A stretch of DNA of 64,000 bases from Eledone cirrhosa (taxonomy: Eukaryota), in the NCBI GenBank assembly GCA_964016885.1, contig OZ024742.1, positions 274,164,001-274,228,000 of the forward strand, read 5' to 3'. Numbering within the stretch: position 1 is the first letter of the stretch; every line of letters starts with the position of its first letter. Positions 1-14,780 of the stretch are shown piece by piece. Below the pieces are notes generated by a model, which worked only from the letters and a program-made list of their open reading frames with translations, ran no database searches and was not told the origin of the DNA. A program made the position numbers and the translations under genes.

Positions 1-2950
1 TGCGTTGTCGCACTTCCCACCACTATTCCTCTATAGAACTTGAGAGTAGAAGTTCCACTGACCGCATTGGCCGCCTGGTAAAAGGCAGTGAGTGCCTGGC
101 AACATTCCAGATGTCAGTCACCTAGTCTTGTTCTCTTCTTGAGACAGGAGTGCAACTCAGTCAATGAGACGAGCTGCGGACAAGCCCATCTGACAAACTG
201 CCACCTCACCTGTTCACCGTTTAGGCAAAATATCTGGAGACGTCGCAGCCTCAGCGCATGTCTGCGCATCATTGGACACAGCATGCCATTCCCTCCACAT
301 AGAGGGTGCTGGCAGCAGATGGACCGCCTCACCAACTGAACCTGTCCCCTCCACAAGAATTTGAAGAGGAGCCGTTCCAACTTGGCGGGGCGCGGATGGA
401 GACAGGGGACGACGGTCAGGCGGTAGTAGATGACAGACGTGATGTACCCGCTCGCCAACTCTGCCCGACATTTTAGTAATAGCTTCGTCGCAGTCCATTT
501 CTGGGTGAGACTGGCTACACTGTCCGTCACCTCGACTCAATTCCTATCCACCTGGAGGTCTGGGCCAATCCAAACCCCGAGAAACTTTACCGGTCCATCC
601 GTCGAGCGCACAATGGCGTTGTGTGACGGCATGGATTCGACTCTCCAGGTGTTGAGTTGCAAGCCCACCGATTTTTCGGGTTAAGTTTTGCTTGTCAGCC
701 TTTCATATTCCTCCAATAAGTTGCCAACCACCTCGATTTCCGAGCTGTCCGACACATTCACGGTGATGTCGTCCGCATAAGCCGACACGGAGATTCCGAG
801 TCCCGGTTCCAGAGGGATGACCTGCAACAGCTCCAGCTTCTGCAATAGAGTCTCGAGAGTCAATACATACAGAAGGAAGGAATGAGGGCACATTGTCGGA
901 CTAATCGGTCGATCTGAAACAGTTCCGAGATGTGGCCATTAACTTTGACCACCGAGCAGATGCCGCTGTGCATTGCAGCGATCAAGGTTCTGAATACTGG
1001 GCCGAAGCCAGCTGCCTTGAGGACAGCCTCCATGTACCGATGGTCGACCCTATCGAATGTTTTCGATTGAACAAAACTGAAGCCAGGTTTACACCCTACC
1101 CTCTCTATGATGCATCGGATGAGATGGAGTTTATTGTGTATAGACCTGGTCGGGATTGCACAATTTTGAGCCTCCTCAACCAAATCCTCGGCGACAAACA
1201 CCTAGCGTTCGGTAACACCTTGGCCAAAACCTTAAGCAGAATTGTGGGCCTAAAATTATCTAATGTGTCCCTCTTATTCTTGTCTTTCCTCTTCGGCGCC
1301 ACTATGCTCCAGCTCACAGAACTGGGAATATTCCCGTTCTACTGCTAGTTGCAGCAGAGCGCTTCGAGGAGAATGGAGAATAAGTCTGGTATATTTACGT
1401 AAAGCTCGTAAGGCAGACCATCCAAACCGGGTGACTTGCGCTTCGTTAAGCCAACAAAGGCATGCTGAATTTTGGCTGAAGTTATCGGCCTTTCGCTGCG
1501 ATCAGCTTCGGCCGTCGAGAGTTACCGCAAACCATCGAGGTATGCACTGAAGACCGCCACTTCCTCCGAACAACCGAGCAAAACGTTGGCGAAAGACCTC
1601 ACACATCCGTCTGGAATCGTTCAACTCGTGTCCATTTCGCCTCCACCACGCGGGCCCATCAAACATCTTTGGTTCCCTCGTTTCTCAGAATATGTGCATT
1701 AGCTCTGACAATGTAAACTGCGTGTTTCGCATTGTTGATCTAATGCCATTCTCGCCGCTAGCTCCTCAGTGGCAATGCCACTACAACTGGCCTCGTCTAA
1801 CTTATCGAACCAGCTCCCCATCCTTTCTATTTTTCTCTAACGCTACTTCTTTGCTAAATCCTATCGACATGTTTCTAATCTCTCTTTTGAGAGCCCCCCC
1901 CATCCCACACACAAACACACACTATCTGTTGTTAACGACTAGCCCTGTCAACCTTTTCTTAAATAAATTGTTGATTTACGTGCTGGAAACGACATGTTTA
2001 TCTTAGAGTAACCAGTTCCTAACCTGCGCGTCTTATCTAGGTCGACCATACGATCATAAACTTGTGGTCTGAATACGCAACCGTATGTAATTGTGGACAC
2101 CCTATGCTATACATATCCACTAATCTAATGAGAAACCCATGTAGGGGGGGGGGGGTGAAAAATGATTAGGTCCGTTTTGCAGGGGACCACAGAATGCTTT
2201 ATAGCAAGAGCCTCAGTTTTGAATAGCACCAAGATTCTCCCAAACTGTCTGGCTCTTGTTGTATGGTCTATTTCGTCGTTATCGATGCATTTCAGCGCTG
2301 CCTCTACCTGTTCTTCAGAGGCATTATCGGCTTTTGGAGTTTTCATTGAAATGCATCGATATTTCAAAGTTGTTTTCTTCTATTTTGCCATTACCTCTGC
2401 CATAACGTTTAAATTGGCCCAGACTTTTTCTCTTGTTATGAATTATTCAAGTTGGGCCAAACGTTCTTTTTTTGTTTCTGTTGTCACTGTTGTGGTGGTG
2501 GTTGTGGTGGTTGTATTAGTGGTGTTGGTTGTTCTTTTTGACATTGTGAAGGTCGCGATGGCGGCTTTACCCCCGGTAGTTTTTGGTAATGGCGGGAAAT
2601 CCATGTCTGTATGCGGCAAATTTAAATAATTGAAACTGCTATTAATTATATTTTCAGTGTTGGCAACCGTGGCAAGGTTTACAATGGTGGTGGTGGTGGA
2701 TGTTAGTCTGTTAGAAACAGGAGATTGGTCGTCCATGTTTTTTTTCGTAGAAATATTTTGTTTGATGAATAACATTTTAAATTTTGGGCTGAGGGACCCA
2801 ATATTATTGAGTGTCCTTTTCAGAGAGCAATATATGTGAACTTATAAACACTTAACAACAAAATTTTGCCATAACTGGCAATTTGAAACAACTGAAAGCA
2901 ACAAACCTTTGTGGAGCTCATGATAATACGGTTTCCTACGTAGGTCGCCA
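1..2950 (-). mobile_element. Degenerate Tx1/L1-clade non-LTR retrotransposon (copy A), running off the left window edge
   Basis: Minus-strand RT fragments (FRPT.LL, QSKTFDRVDHRY, VSAYADDIT) at 114-1317 are homologous to copies B and C. ORF1-like remnants lie at 2125-2775. The 5' end (revcomp TGGCGACCTACGTAG) matches the other copies and abuts (TAA)n. Confidence 0.85.
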
Positions 2951-2985
2951 ATAATGATAATAATAATAATAATAATAATAATAAT
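2951..2985 (+). repeat. (TAA)n microsatellite between the Tx1 5' end and the R4-like element
   Basis: Direct reading. Confidence 0.95.
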
Positions 2986-2986
2986 G

Positions 2987-4820
2987 TTCTTGCATGGGAT
3001 GGATAGACTACAAAAAGGAATTGGACATGGTGCCTAATTCTTGGATCACCAAAAGACTAGAGATCTTCAAGGTGATAGATAACATCAGACAGTTGTTGAA
3101 CAAAAGTATGAAGTCCTGGAAAACAGAGTTAACATCAGCTGGAGAATCATTGGGAGGCGTGAAGATTAAGAGAGGTATCTTACAGGAAGATAGCCTGTCC
3201 CCTCTGTTGTTTGTCCTTGCCCTGATACCCATGACCATTATACGGCGAAAAGTGAGAGCAGGATACAAGTTGGGAAAGGGAGAGCTTACCATCAATCACC
3301 TCCTCTTCATGAACGATTTTAAGGTCTTCGGGATGAGTGAGAAGGAGTTGGATGTGCTTTTTGACACTATCCGTGTTTTCAGCAATGATATATGAATGCA
3401 ATTTCGTATTAGTAAGTGTGGAGTCCTTGTGATGAAGAGGGATAAATTGAGCAGAAGCAACGGAATCCAGGTACCAACAGGTGAGATGATAAAAGAAATT
3501 AACACTGAAGAAGGATACAAGTATTTGTGTGTTCTGGAGGCTGATGGCATCATTAACAAAAAAATGAAGGAATTGATAAGATCTGAATACATTCGGAGAG
3601 TAAGGAGCGTATTAAAGTCACATCTAGACAGTAGGAATGCCATAAGTGCAGTAAATTCCCGAGCTGTGTCTATTATTAGGTACAGTGCGGGAATTCTGAG
3701 ATAGAATGTTGCTGAACAAAAAGAAATGGATAGGAAGACTAGGAAGCTATTGACTATCTTCAACATTTTCCACAAGAGGAGTTATGTCAATAGACTCTAC
3801 TTAAGGAGATCTGAAGGTGGATGAGGTCTTATCAGCAGAGAGGACTATGTTCAGATGGAGAAAAAAACAACCTCCACAAATACGTGACTGACAGTAGGGA
3901 GCCAATGCTCAGAATTGTACTGAAGGAGAGGACAATAGACCAGGGGATGTCCAAGGAGGAAATAACAACAAGGAGAAAGAGCAGCCTTCATGAAAAGTCC
4001 CTTCATAGTACCTTCTTTGAGAAAACGGAATTCAGAGATCCAAAGACATGGAACTGGTTGAGAAGAGGAGACCTTAAAAAGGCTACAGAAGGAATGCTAA
4101 TGGCTGCGCAAGAGCAGGCCCTCAAAACGAAGTGGCTGAAACACCATATTTACAAGGAGGAGGCTAGCCCACTGTGCAGGATCTGTGGAGAGAGAGAGGA
4201 GACTGTGGCTCACATTGTATCCGAGTGTAAACACCTAGCCCAGACTCACTATAAAGACTGGAGACATGATGTGATGGGCAGGGTGATCCACTGGCACATA
4301 TGCAAAGTAAACAATTTACCAGATTCTGAGAAGTGGTATGAGCATAAGCCAGAGTCGGTGATAGAAAACGATCAGGTGAAGGTGCTGTGTGATTTTAGGA
4401 TACAGACGGAAAAGAAACTGGAACACAATAGACCTGACCTGGTGGTTTTGGACAAGGAAAGAAGATCGTGCCTGATTGTCGATGTGGCCTGCCCATTCGA
4501 CACGAGAGGGCAAGAGAAGGAGAGGGAGAAAATTAACCGATACCAGGACTTAAAGTGGAAGGTAAAAAGGATATGGAACTGCCATGAAGTCAGAATCGTC
4601 CCGATTGTGATAGGCGCACTAGGTACTATCTCAAATAGTTTCCAAGGTTGGTTAAAGTAAGGTAGTCCATCCCCGCTTTTTGGAACACTACAAAATCATG
4701 CTTGCTGGGAACAGCAAGAACCCTCCGATATTTCCTGTATATCTGAGGCTGCAGGTAGCGGTTTGATATTCATTTCAACAAACTTTCCACTTATATAACA
4801 TCAATGACTGGGACTCAATG
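2987..4820 (+). mobile_element. 5'-truncated R4/Dong-like non-LTR retrotransposon (RT, CCHC finger, restriction-like endonuclease), disrupted
   Basis: WIDYKK..DMVP, RGILQEDSLSPLLF, HLLFMNDFK (RT); CRICGEREETVAHIVSEC (Zn finger); RPDLVVLD...IVDVACP...KY.DL (RLE). Stops and frameshifts present; ends in a (TAA)n tail. Confidence 0.92.
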
Positions 4821-4861
4821 AATAATAAAAATAATAAAAATAATAATAATAATAATAATAA

Positions 4862-7800
4862 TGTTTTCTTTATTAACCACAAGGGTTTACATAAAGTAGA
4901 CATTAAGGACACACAGGACAATACAGGACGGTACAAATGGGCATTTCTGCGTGTAAAAAAAACAGAGGATGAAATAAAATAACACAGAAAAATTCCCCAA
5001 TAGGGCGGAGACTTCCGAGGGACATTTGTTGAGAAAGCCCATTAAAAGACCACAGTGACCCTGACCACAAGGGCAAGTGCCCTCTCCCAGTTTTCCACCT
5101 TTAATTTACAGACATATACTCAGAGTAGGCCCATTCACTCAGGCCATACTTGCTTCTCTCACCCATCTTTCAAAAAAATGCTGGGAAGAGAGCACTTCCC
5201 TCTCTACCCTGATTTTCCTTTTCAAATGAAATTTGAAAAAGTTAATCAGGGCATCACCGAAGAATTAAGTGCTCGTCTTCAGCCCTTTCAAACGTGTCCA
5301 CCATACTATCTCTTTCGCAATGGCCACCAGACAGATAAAAACTGCCTGCCCTTCCCTGCTAAAGGAAGAGGGCGGGGCAATCCTCACGATGGACTCAGCT
5401 GATAGCTGGATCCGTCCTACACGTGACAGCAGGTGTTCGACATAAACCCACAATTCAGCAATGCTCGGACACTGGACGAGTGCGTGCAGGACGGTTTCGT
5501 CGCCCTGTGCGCATCTCGGACATGCTCGGCTGACGGCACCGCCATGCCTGTAGAGTTTATTCTGAACTGGCAAAGGTCCCCGGTAGCACTGCCAGGCCAG
5601 GGATTTCTGGAAGTTGTCCATAGGGCCCGGCCAGAAAGTTCTTCCGAAGTGATTGGCTAGTTGATTTTCGTCGACGCCTAGAGTTTCTCAAAGTACGTCG
5701 TCGCTCTTCCCCTCCACTAATCCTCTATAGAAGGCCAAGGTGGAGTTTCCACCGATCACAAGGCCCGATTGGTCGAGGGCTGTGAGCGCCTGAAAGCATT
5801 CCAGTCTCCAACATTCTCGGTCTTCGCTTGACCAAGGACTGCAGCTCCGTCAAGGAAACAAGCTGGGGAAATACGTGCCTAGCAAACGGAGACCACACCT
5901 GATCACCGTCGAGGAAGAGGTGGAGATGTCGTAGCCTGAGCGCGTGTCTGCGCATCATCAGCCACGGCATTCCCAGCCCACCACGTAGCGGGTGTTGACA
6001 GCAGATGGTCCGCCTGACCATCGGAGCGCGTCCCTTCTACAAAAAGCGAAAGAGCAAACGCTCCAGCGCAGTCAGGCGGGGCGTAGGACAAGGTACGACG
6101 GTCAAGCGGTAGTAGAAGACGGACGCGATGTACGAGTTAGCCATCTCCGCTCGACCTTTCATGGATAGCTTCCTCTCGGCCCATTTCTGGGTGAGAGAAG
6201 CCACCCTGCTCGTCACCTCGTCCCAGTTTTTGTCCGTCTGGAGGTCTGGACCGAACCAGACCCCTAGCAATTTGACCGGTCCGTCCATCCAGCGCCCGTC
6301 GAAGCGGATGGACGGCATGGACCTGTCTCTCCAGGTGCCGAGCTGCAGGCCGACTGACTTTTCCTGGTTGATCATTGCTCCTGTCACCGCTTCGTATTCT
6401 CTTAGTGTAGTGCCGATCGCCTCGATATGTTTGGCGTTCGACACCACTACGGTGAAATCGTCCGCATATGCTGACACGGATCTTCCGCATCCTAGATCGC
6501 GCGGAACGCCCTTCAGCGTCCCCAGTTTGTGCAGTAATGGCTCGAGAGTCAATACGTACAAGAGGGACGAGAGAAGACATCCTTGGCGGACCGAGCGCAT
6601 GATGTTGAACGATTCCGAAAGGTGACCATTCACTCTCACCACAGAGCAAATGTCGCTGTGCATGGCAGCGATCCAGCCTCTGAAGACGGGCCCAAAGCCA
6701 GCCGCCCTCAGGACTTCCGCTAGGTAACGATGGTCGACCCTATCGAAAGCTTTCTACTAATCTAAATTGATCAAGGACCCACCCGTGCCAGGTTCGCTAG
6801 CTACCCTCTCTACGATGTATCGCATGAGGTGGAGGTTGTCGTGGATGGATCTGTCGGGAATGGCGCATGTCTGTGCCTCTCCCACCAGACCACCAACGAC
6901 AAGCGCCAACCTCTTTGCTAGCACCTTGGCCAAAATCTTGAACTCTGTGTTTAGCATAGTTATGGGCCTGAAATTATCTATGTTATACCCCTTGTTCGGA
7001 TCCTTTCTCAGCAGCGCCACCGCTCCTCGGCTCACAGAGCTGGTAATTCTCACGTTCTGTTGCCAGTTGCAGTAGACGTCCGCCAAGAGGCCTCCGAACA
7101 AGTCTGGCATTTGTACGTAAAGTTCGTAGGAAAGACCAGCCAAACCAGGAAATTTATGTCTTGTGAAGCCAGTCATTGCCTCCCGTACTTCAGCGGCTGT
7201 TATCGGCTTTTCGCAACACTCCGCCTCAGTGACCGAGAGCTGCGGCAGTCCGTCAAAATAGACACTAAAGTCTATCCCTCGATTCGGCCCGCCGCTGTGC
7301 CCGAACAGCTTGGCGAAGTGTCGCTGAAAAGCTTCACACATTTGGCCGGTTCGTGCAGCATGCGCCCGTCGTGGTCCACCAAAGACCGGATCGTGGCTTT
7401 GTTGCCACGACACGCCTCCGCCACTCGGGCCCATTGAACGGCTTCCATCCCCTCGTGTCTGAGAGCACGCACCCTAGCTCTGACAACGCAGCCTTCGTGC
7501 TTTGCATTGAAGAATTGGTCAAGGGCCAATTTCGCCGCAAGTACGTCGGTCGCGATGCCTTTGCTAAGCGCCTCGTCTAATTTTCTAACTAGTTCTCCCT
7601 CTGCTCTATTTTTCTCTATTGCGAAAGCCTTACTAAACCTATTGAATTCTATTTTAATTGCTATTTTCAGAGCAAACCACCACTTGTTGTTGACGATGGC
7701 CCCGTCAACGCCCGCTTAACTTGTTCGCTAATCCGGTCTCTGTAGGCCTTGCGCGCTGGTAAGGACGCGTTTAGCTTCCAGTAGCCGGGTCCTCGACTAT

Positions 7801-10684
7801 GAAGCCTATCTAAGTCAAGTACACAGATCACGAATGTGTGGTCCGTGTAGCTGGCTATCTTGAATTGTGGACAGCCTATGCTAGACCTATCTATTTCCCT
7901 ACAAAATACTCTATCTAGATATGATCTGGATGACCCTATACGATTTGTCCAAGTCCACATTGGCACATTTGGGAAATCCAATCGGTACCTGTCAGACAGT
8001 TCAAAACGCCTGAGCAGGTTGGTGAGACTCTTGCACACTCCTCCCCTATCCGCTAATCCCACACAGTCCCAGCGTGCATCTAAGATCCCGTTCCAGTCGC
8101 CCACTAACACTAAAGAGCGGGACGTTCCAAGAAAGTTCTCCAGACGCCGGAAGAAATCTGGCCGCCCTGCTCCTTTCGGCGCATAGACGGCCACTAGCCT
8201 GAAAGCTTGCCCGTCTCCGCTGGTCGCGTCCAGCACCACCAACTTACCTTCTGGGTCTAGGAAGATGGCCCGTATGGCGAGATCCAAACCGCTCCGAAAA
8301 AGCACAGCAACTCCTCCCCCCGATCCCGGACGGCTGGGATATTCGTAGACATCGTAGCCGCCGAAGATCGGTGCGAAGGCCCGTGCTTCGGAGATTCTGG
8401 TCTCGCTGATGGCAACCACATCTATGTTTAGTGACCTGAGGTCGTTGAGCAGGTGTCCCTGCTTCCATGACGAGCCCAAGGCACGCGCATTTATGCTCCC
8501 TATTCTGAGTGAGGTCATGTTGAAATGGAGTGGAAAAGATGGGAAAGATCACTTACCTTACTTCTCGTAGAGGAAGGATGGTTTGTCCACCCTTTTCACT
8601 GCTACTGGCCTCCTCCGGAAGGATGTCCTTATAAATCCTCCTGGAGAGTGCTTGTCGGAAGTCTCCGATGTCTTTGGGGAATTTTTGTTTTAGTGTCGTT
8701 TACGTTTTCTGTGTGATGCGAGTGATTTGTATGTGTGGAGGTGGTGTGAACTTTTGTGTTGTTGTGTAGTCTTTTTCTGTGATGCTGGTGTTGTGTTGGA
8801 TGTTGTGTAATAATTGGTTGTTGTTCAAATTGAATGATGTGTAGTGTGTATCGTTTTGGTTGTTTTGTTTTGTTAGTGTTTGTTGTGGGTTTGTTTCTGT
8901 TTTGCTTTTTGGTTACTTTTGTGGTGTAGGTGATGGTGGTGTTGGGGTTAATGATGTTGATGGTGTTGATGTTTGCGGTGATGGGGTTGGTGATCCTGGT
9001 GTGGATGGTGGCATATCTGTCCTAACTTTTTTGTTTGATAGTTTATTTGTTTCCCTCTGTATTTTGTTTTTGGAGGGGAAAGGAAGAGAATTTTTTTCTT
9101 TTTTGGTTTCTTTTTTCTTTTTTCCTGATACCGTTTCCCATTCCTCGTCGTCACAATCTGTCTCCAGTTGTGATAGGCCGGGGAGTGGAAAATCCTCCAC
9201 ATGCGTTAGTTTTGGTTGTGGCGTGGTGGATGGTGTAAGCGCTAATGCTAGTTCTGAAGCGTTGGGTGGTGGTGGTGTTGGTTTTGCTACTGTTGCTGGG
9301 GTTGCTGCTGTTATATTTGCTTCTGTTGTTGCTGCTACAGTTGTTGCTGCCATCTCTGCTACTGGTGGTGTTGATGGTTGAGTCACTGGGGTGGGTAGAA
9401 GAGGTGGCCTCAACCTTTTAGCCTGAGGGCAGAAAGCCCTTAGGTGGTTCCTTCAACACAAACGACACACCTAGGCCTTCTGCCTTCGACAATTACGGTG
9501 AGGTGGCTGCCGTCAGTGAGGTCTATTACCTCTGGGATCTCAATGCTTTTTTGGTCCGCTTGGATCAGGAGACCCATCCCAGATCCGGACCAGTTCTCCT
9601 GCTTTTCTTTTTCTATTGCTATTAACTTGGTGTTGGCTTCGATGCCGGCGAGGACGGCCTCTATTAGCCAGGGAATTTCGATGGCCGGTGGAACGTGGGT
9701 CACCCTGATCTTTACGAGTCTCTGGCCACAATAGCTTGGGACGAGTGTGAAGTCGTCACTTCTTAATGGGGCCATGGAGTGTTCTCTAGCCTCCTGTGGT
9801 GTTTCAAAGAACACGTCCACGGTTCCATACATCTGCCCACGTCTGATGTGGGGTTTTTTTGCCCACACATGTCCCAAAGCTTTTTGGATTTGGGACTCGG
9901 ATGCCCGTTCCACTCGGCGCAATTTTATATTAATTGTTCGCAAGACATGGTGCATAGGCGCCGATGCTCCATTTTATTAGGTGTGGGGGGGGAGGGGGGG
10001 CTGACCCTGTACCCATGTTTCTTTACCATTCTTTTGGCTTCTTCTAATTCCTCCTGAGTTACCTGAAATGCTTCACACTGTTTTGCTACTCTGGCAAAAG
10101 ACAGGGTGGTTTTCTTAATTTCATTGTTGCTGTTATCATTATTTTTGTTATTGTTCATTTTAGTTTCAGTTGTGGTGGTGGTGGCGTCAGTGGTGTTCGG
10201 TGTGGAAGAGTTCATTTTGGGTGAATTCCTTTCGATATCACAACTAATTTATTTTTTCTTTTGTTTCTGTTGTCGTTGTGGTGGTGGTGGGGGTGGCGGC
10301 TTCAACACCTGCAGTCATTGGTAATGGCAGGAAATGAATGTCTGCTTGAGACAAATTTAAAATATTGCTACTGCTTATATTTCTAGTGTTGTCAAAGTAG
10401 TTATATTTACAATGGTGGTGTCGGTTTGAGATGTTAGTTTGTGAGAAAGGAGTGACTCTGAGTCAGCCATGATCTTTCAAAGAAAAGTTTTTGTTTGATA
10501 ATTATAAAAGTTAACATTTTGGGCTCAAGGCCCCTATCATTTTGCGTGTCCTTTTCAGATAACAATGTATGTGCACTTATATACAGTTAACAATAAAAAA
10601 ATTTCATGAATGGCAATTTTAAACAACTGAAAATAACAAACGTTTACGGAGCTCACGATGATACGATTTACTACGTAGGTCGCC

Positions 10685-10685
<1 letters not shown>
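4862..10685 (-). mobile_element. Near full-length Tx1/L1-clade LINE (copy B), frameshifted
   Basis: ORF1 remnants at 8913-10215; APE domain at 7667-8518 (SINARAL, ISET, GDWN, SYLD, TDH); RT at 6037-7434 (FRPITMLNTEFKILAK, VRQGC, AYADD); C-terminal CPRC...H...C. Flanked by TAA tracts. Confidence 0.93.
7667..8518 (-). pseudogene. Apurinic-like (EEP) endonuclease domain of the Tx1 copy B ORF2
   Basis: N-x-x-G/A-L, SET, GDWN, SYLDR and DH motifs; frameshifted before the RT. Confidence 0.9.
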
Positions 10686-10738
<53 letters not shown>

Positions 10739-10742
10739 CATA

Positions 10743-10786
<44 letters not shown>
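10685..10786 (+). repeat. (TAA)n microsatellite
   Basis: Direct reading. Confidence 0.95.
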
Positions 10787-10790
<4 letters not shown>

Positions 10791-10837
10791 TCTTTATTAA
10801 CCACAAGGTTTTACACAAAGTAGACATTAAGGACAGA
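10787..10837 (-). mobile_element. ~50-bp 3'-terminal stub of the same Tx1 family
   Basis: ctttattaaccacaaggttttacacaaagtagacattaaggaca matches 4868-4911. Confidence 0.8.
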
Positions 10838-10840
10838 ATA

Positions 10841-11031
10841 ATAATTGTTTCTACTTTAGGCACAAGGCCAGCAATTATCCAGTACAATAATGGTACTTTA
10901 TTTTATCGACCCCATAAGGATGAAAGGCAAAGTTAACCACGGCGGGTTTGAACTCAGACTGTAAAGGGAGGTAACTATGCAAGAAAGCATGGCGTCCAAC
11001 CTCCTAACGATACTGCCAATTCACCGCCCCT
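10841..11031 (-). mobile_element. tRNA-derived SINE (octopus-type)
   Basis: The minus strand has an A-box-like TGGCAGTATCGTT and B-box GAGTTCAAACC, then AACTTTGCCTTTCATCC..GGGGTCGATAAA. A second copy is at 15898-16085. Confidence 0.85.
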
Positions 11032-11058
11032 AATAGTAATAATAATAATAATAATAAT

Positions 11059-11881
11059 CACCCTAAGGCAGATAGAGAGAGAATATATCTCCCTAGGAGA
11101 GAAGGAGGACGTGGGTTAATCCAGTTAGATATGGAAAATACCCAGAAAGAGCTAACAATCCTGATGTTGACAAAACTTTAACCCATCAGTGGTTGGCATC
11201 CTCTGGACTGAAATCGGAGACTGAAGGACTGATTATATCAGCACAAGATCAGTGTCTGCCAACAAAAAAATACCAAGCCTACATAATAAAAAATGGATGC
11301 AACCCATTATGCCGTGTATGTAAAAAACAACCAGAGACCATTGATCATACATATAATTTCAATGTGCAATCCTATAGCTCCAACCGAATACCTAAACAGG
11401 CATGACAGAGCTGCACAATACATACATTGGATAATGTGTAAGCATTTTGACCTGCCCCATCAAAAGAATTGGTGGGAGCATCAACCACCTCCCATACTTG
11501 AAAAAATATCACATCTCAATCTTGTGGAACTTTAGCATCCAAACAGACCGAAAAATAGATGCAAATAGACCTGATATAATACTGAAGGACTTTAAAAAGA
11601 GGGTATGCCTGCTAATTGATATGTCCGTTCCAATAGACAAGAATGTATCTATGAAAACATTTGAAAAATTGAGTAAGTATAAGGACCTGGAGATAGAAAT
11701 TGGAAAAATGTGGAAATTGAGAACTAAAACAATACCAGTGGTGATAGGCGATCTAAGAATGATACCTAATGGGTCTAATGATTATTTATCGCAAATCCAT
11801 GGAAACCCGCGTATAGGAGAAATACAAAAGATAGTACTAATGGGAACTGCCCATATACTAAGGAAGATTCTGTCAATATAA
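11059..11881 (+). mobile_element. 3' fragment of a second R4/Dong-like subfamily (Zn finger and RLE)
   Basis: GLKSETEGLIISAQDQ, CRVC...ETIDH, NRPDIILKD...LIDMSVP...KYKDL. Begins after a TAA tract. Confidence 0.88.
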
Positions 11882-13694
11882 GTACATGATAAGTCTAAAC
11901 ATATGGATCAACCCGATTTTGGACGGACTTTCCGAAATGTTAGATGCATCGACAGGATTCCTTCTGTTTCTAATTGAATTTCTATATCTTGCATTGAATG
12001 CAATTTTAACATTACAATTTAGTGATTATCAGGTATTTATATTGAAAGTTGCATCTCAGACCGTACGTTACATATCATTTTATTTTATTATAACTTTTGG
12101 TTTTTATTATGATTTTTATTATAGTTTATATTCCAAATGAGAACTTGTGTACAGCTTAACTTACACTTCATATGTGATACCATTTTCTAATACGACATTT
12201 CTCTGTAGCGCCCCCAACCCAATATCTTCAACTAGGTATTAATGATTATTATTCATTAATAGCATTTCACTCCCTCTTTTACTTATTTGCTTCTCCATTA
12301 AATATATATTTAATTATTGCCGCCAGCCAATAATTTACCTACCACCTAAGATTCGATATCGTTATCTTGTATTATATTAACTACAAAGGGACATACATAC
12401 AGCACAATGTAAAAAAAAAGCTTCATCACCGAGGATCAATATTTAATTTAAGAACAACTTTCTTGATTTCGATGGCAGCACTTACAAGCAAATATCGGGG
12501 ACTGCGATGGGTACAAAAGTCGTTCTAACTTATGCTAACTTAGTCATGGGATACTTGGAAGTCCAGATATATGAACACTCCAAATCAAAATACGGCTTGA
12601 ACTTGCACAAATATTTATCAGAGAATTCGAAACGCTACTTGGATGATAGCCTTATTCTTTGGTCTCAAAGATTCGACCAACTAAATGATTTTAAAAATGT
12701 AATTAACGGTATCAATAACCACATCCAATTCACAATGGAATACAACCAAGATCAACTCCCATTTCTAAACATCTTAATCATAAAAAAGACACAAATAGAA
12801 AAGGCTAAATCAATAGGCATTGATGAATTACGAAAACAGATACAACTTCAGGGTACGTCAAATATTCTATCATATATCCCAAACACACAACACAAGAGAT
12901 GCGGAAGCATACAATATTATTCACAAGAACATCCCACTATTGAAACAAGACCCAAGAATGAAAAAAAGTCTTTGAAACACACAAATTAATCGAAATCAAA
13001 CGACAACCGAAATCACTAAAACATTACACACCAATACCAAATTACCTACCACAAACACACAACCAACTGTCAAAAAATGTGGTCGCTCTAATTGTGGAAC
13101 TTGCACTCACGTAATTGAAGGCACCATTTATACATTTCAATCAGGACAAAATTTTGTAGAAATTCACTTCACTTGCTTATCCAAAAATATCATTATACCA
13201 TTAAATGTAAAGGATGCAATGAAGATTATATAGGGAAAACTAAACTCACGCTCAGAAACAGAATGACAATTCATAGCCAACAACTACGATACCCTACCGC
13301 AACACAGTTACGACTCAGTGCACATATGGCATATGCGCAAATAATAAGACACCCAAATTCCAAGTCTTCGCGCTTATCTTTGCGCTGACAATACAACAGA
13401 CCAAATTCGAATAAATAAGGAAAATGTTTATTCAAAAATATTGACCAGCATTAAATATAGATTAATATACATTATGTTAACACGATAACATGCTAACCAT
13501 CGAAACAGACACATACATACTCACACATAAACATAACACCTTCTATATTCGGAAATAAAAACTAGAGCTAAATAGACCTTCACATACGTTAATAATCTAA
13601 CACCTTAACATGCTAACCATACCGCCCCCCACACACACACATATACACACGCATAACTCACTCCCCCATTTCTGCTAATAGAATCATTTTCCTA

Positions 13695-13695
<1 letters not shown>

Positions 13696-13786
<91 letters not shown>
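13696..13786 (+). repeat. (CA)n microsatellite
   Basis: Direct reading. Confidence 0.95.
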
Positions 13787-13788
<2 letters not shown>

Positions 13789-14391
13789 TCCGCGCACAAT
13801 TAAAAAATATAAATCTTTATTTTTTTTTAATTCAATAGAATGTCTGAGTTTTGACACCTCAGCACATCAACCATACTCACTGAACCAGAACAATTATCCC
13901 GATCCCTTTTTTCTTGACCATTATCTTTTGTTTGGCACAAAACTCTCTACGTGGCTACAAAGAACTCCCAAAGCGGAAGTGGCGCGAAATTTAATGTACT
14001 TATTCACGTTACAGTCAAAACCAATCAAATTACATTTGTGAAAAAACAACTTTTGTGAGCCAATTTTTTAAGTGAAAAGAACCCTCAAACAAGAACTTGT
14101 GCGAAAGTTGATGTGATTATTCACGTGACTGCATCAACCTACCAAATTTCACTCATATATGAAAAAACAATCTGAGCCCCCACCCTTTTTTTTAAAGGAA
14201 AATACAATAAGATCTCTATTACGCGAACTGACGCGAAAAGTATTATACTTATTCACGTGACAGTCATCAACCAACGGAATTAGTTTTCTAAAAACCTAGC
14301 ATTTCGAGCCACCTTTTCCCACATAAAGCAGAAGTAACATTCGAACACCAACCAGATACGAGAAAAACCACGAACCCTCCATCTCAATTCT

Positions 14392-14429
14392 ACTTTTGAA
14401 AAGCATAAGAACAGTGAAACCGGTAAAGG
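14392..14429 (+). ncRNA. Type-I hammerhead ribozyme, U3-A8 core variant (stem II eroded)
   Basis: ctt-TTGAAAA-gcataagaacagt-GAAA-ccgg-TA-aag; homolog of the intact copy at 57784. Confidence 0.65.
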
Positions 14430-14484
14430 AAACAAATAAGTATTCTTAAAAAGACTCCAGTTGCATTTTCGATTTCATCTTTTT

Positions 14485-14780
<296 letters not shown>

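Larger units (their letters stand above)
12430..14487 (+). mobile_element. Degenerate Penelope-like element (RT fragment, GIY-YIG, 3' pseudo-LTR)
   Basis: GTAMGT..LTYANL, RYLDD, IQFTME...LPFL; CGRSNCGTC; Y.I.C..C...YIG.T...LR.R...H. The downstream non-coding region is homologous to 56540-57890 and ends in an HHR. Confidence 0.88.

Noticed and set aside
6128-8186. Antisense ORFs overlapping the Tx1 ORF2 (also 49528-50037)
   Set aside because: Shadow frames of GC-rich coding sequence with no motifs.
10940-11031. tRNA gene
   Set aside because: The A and B boxes belong to a SINE head; no complete cloverleaf.
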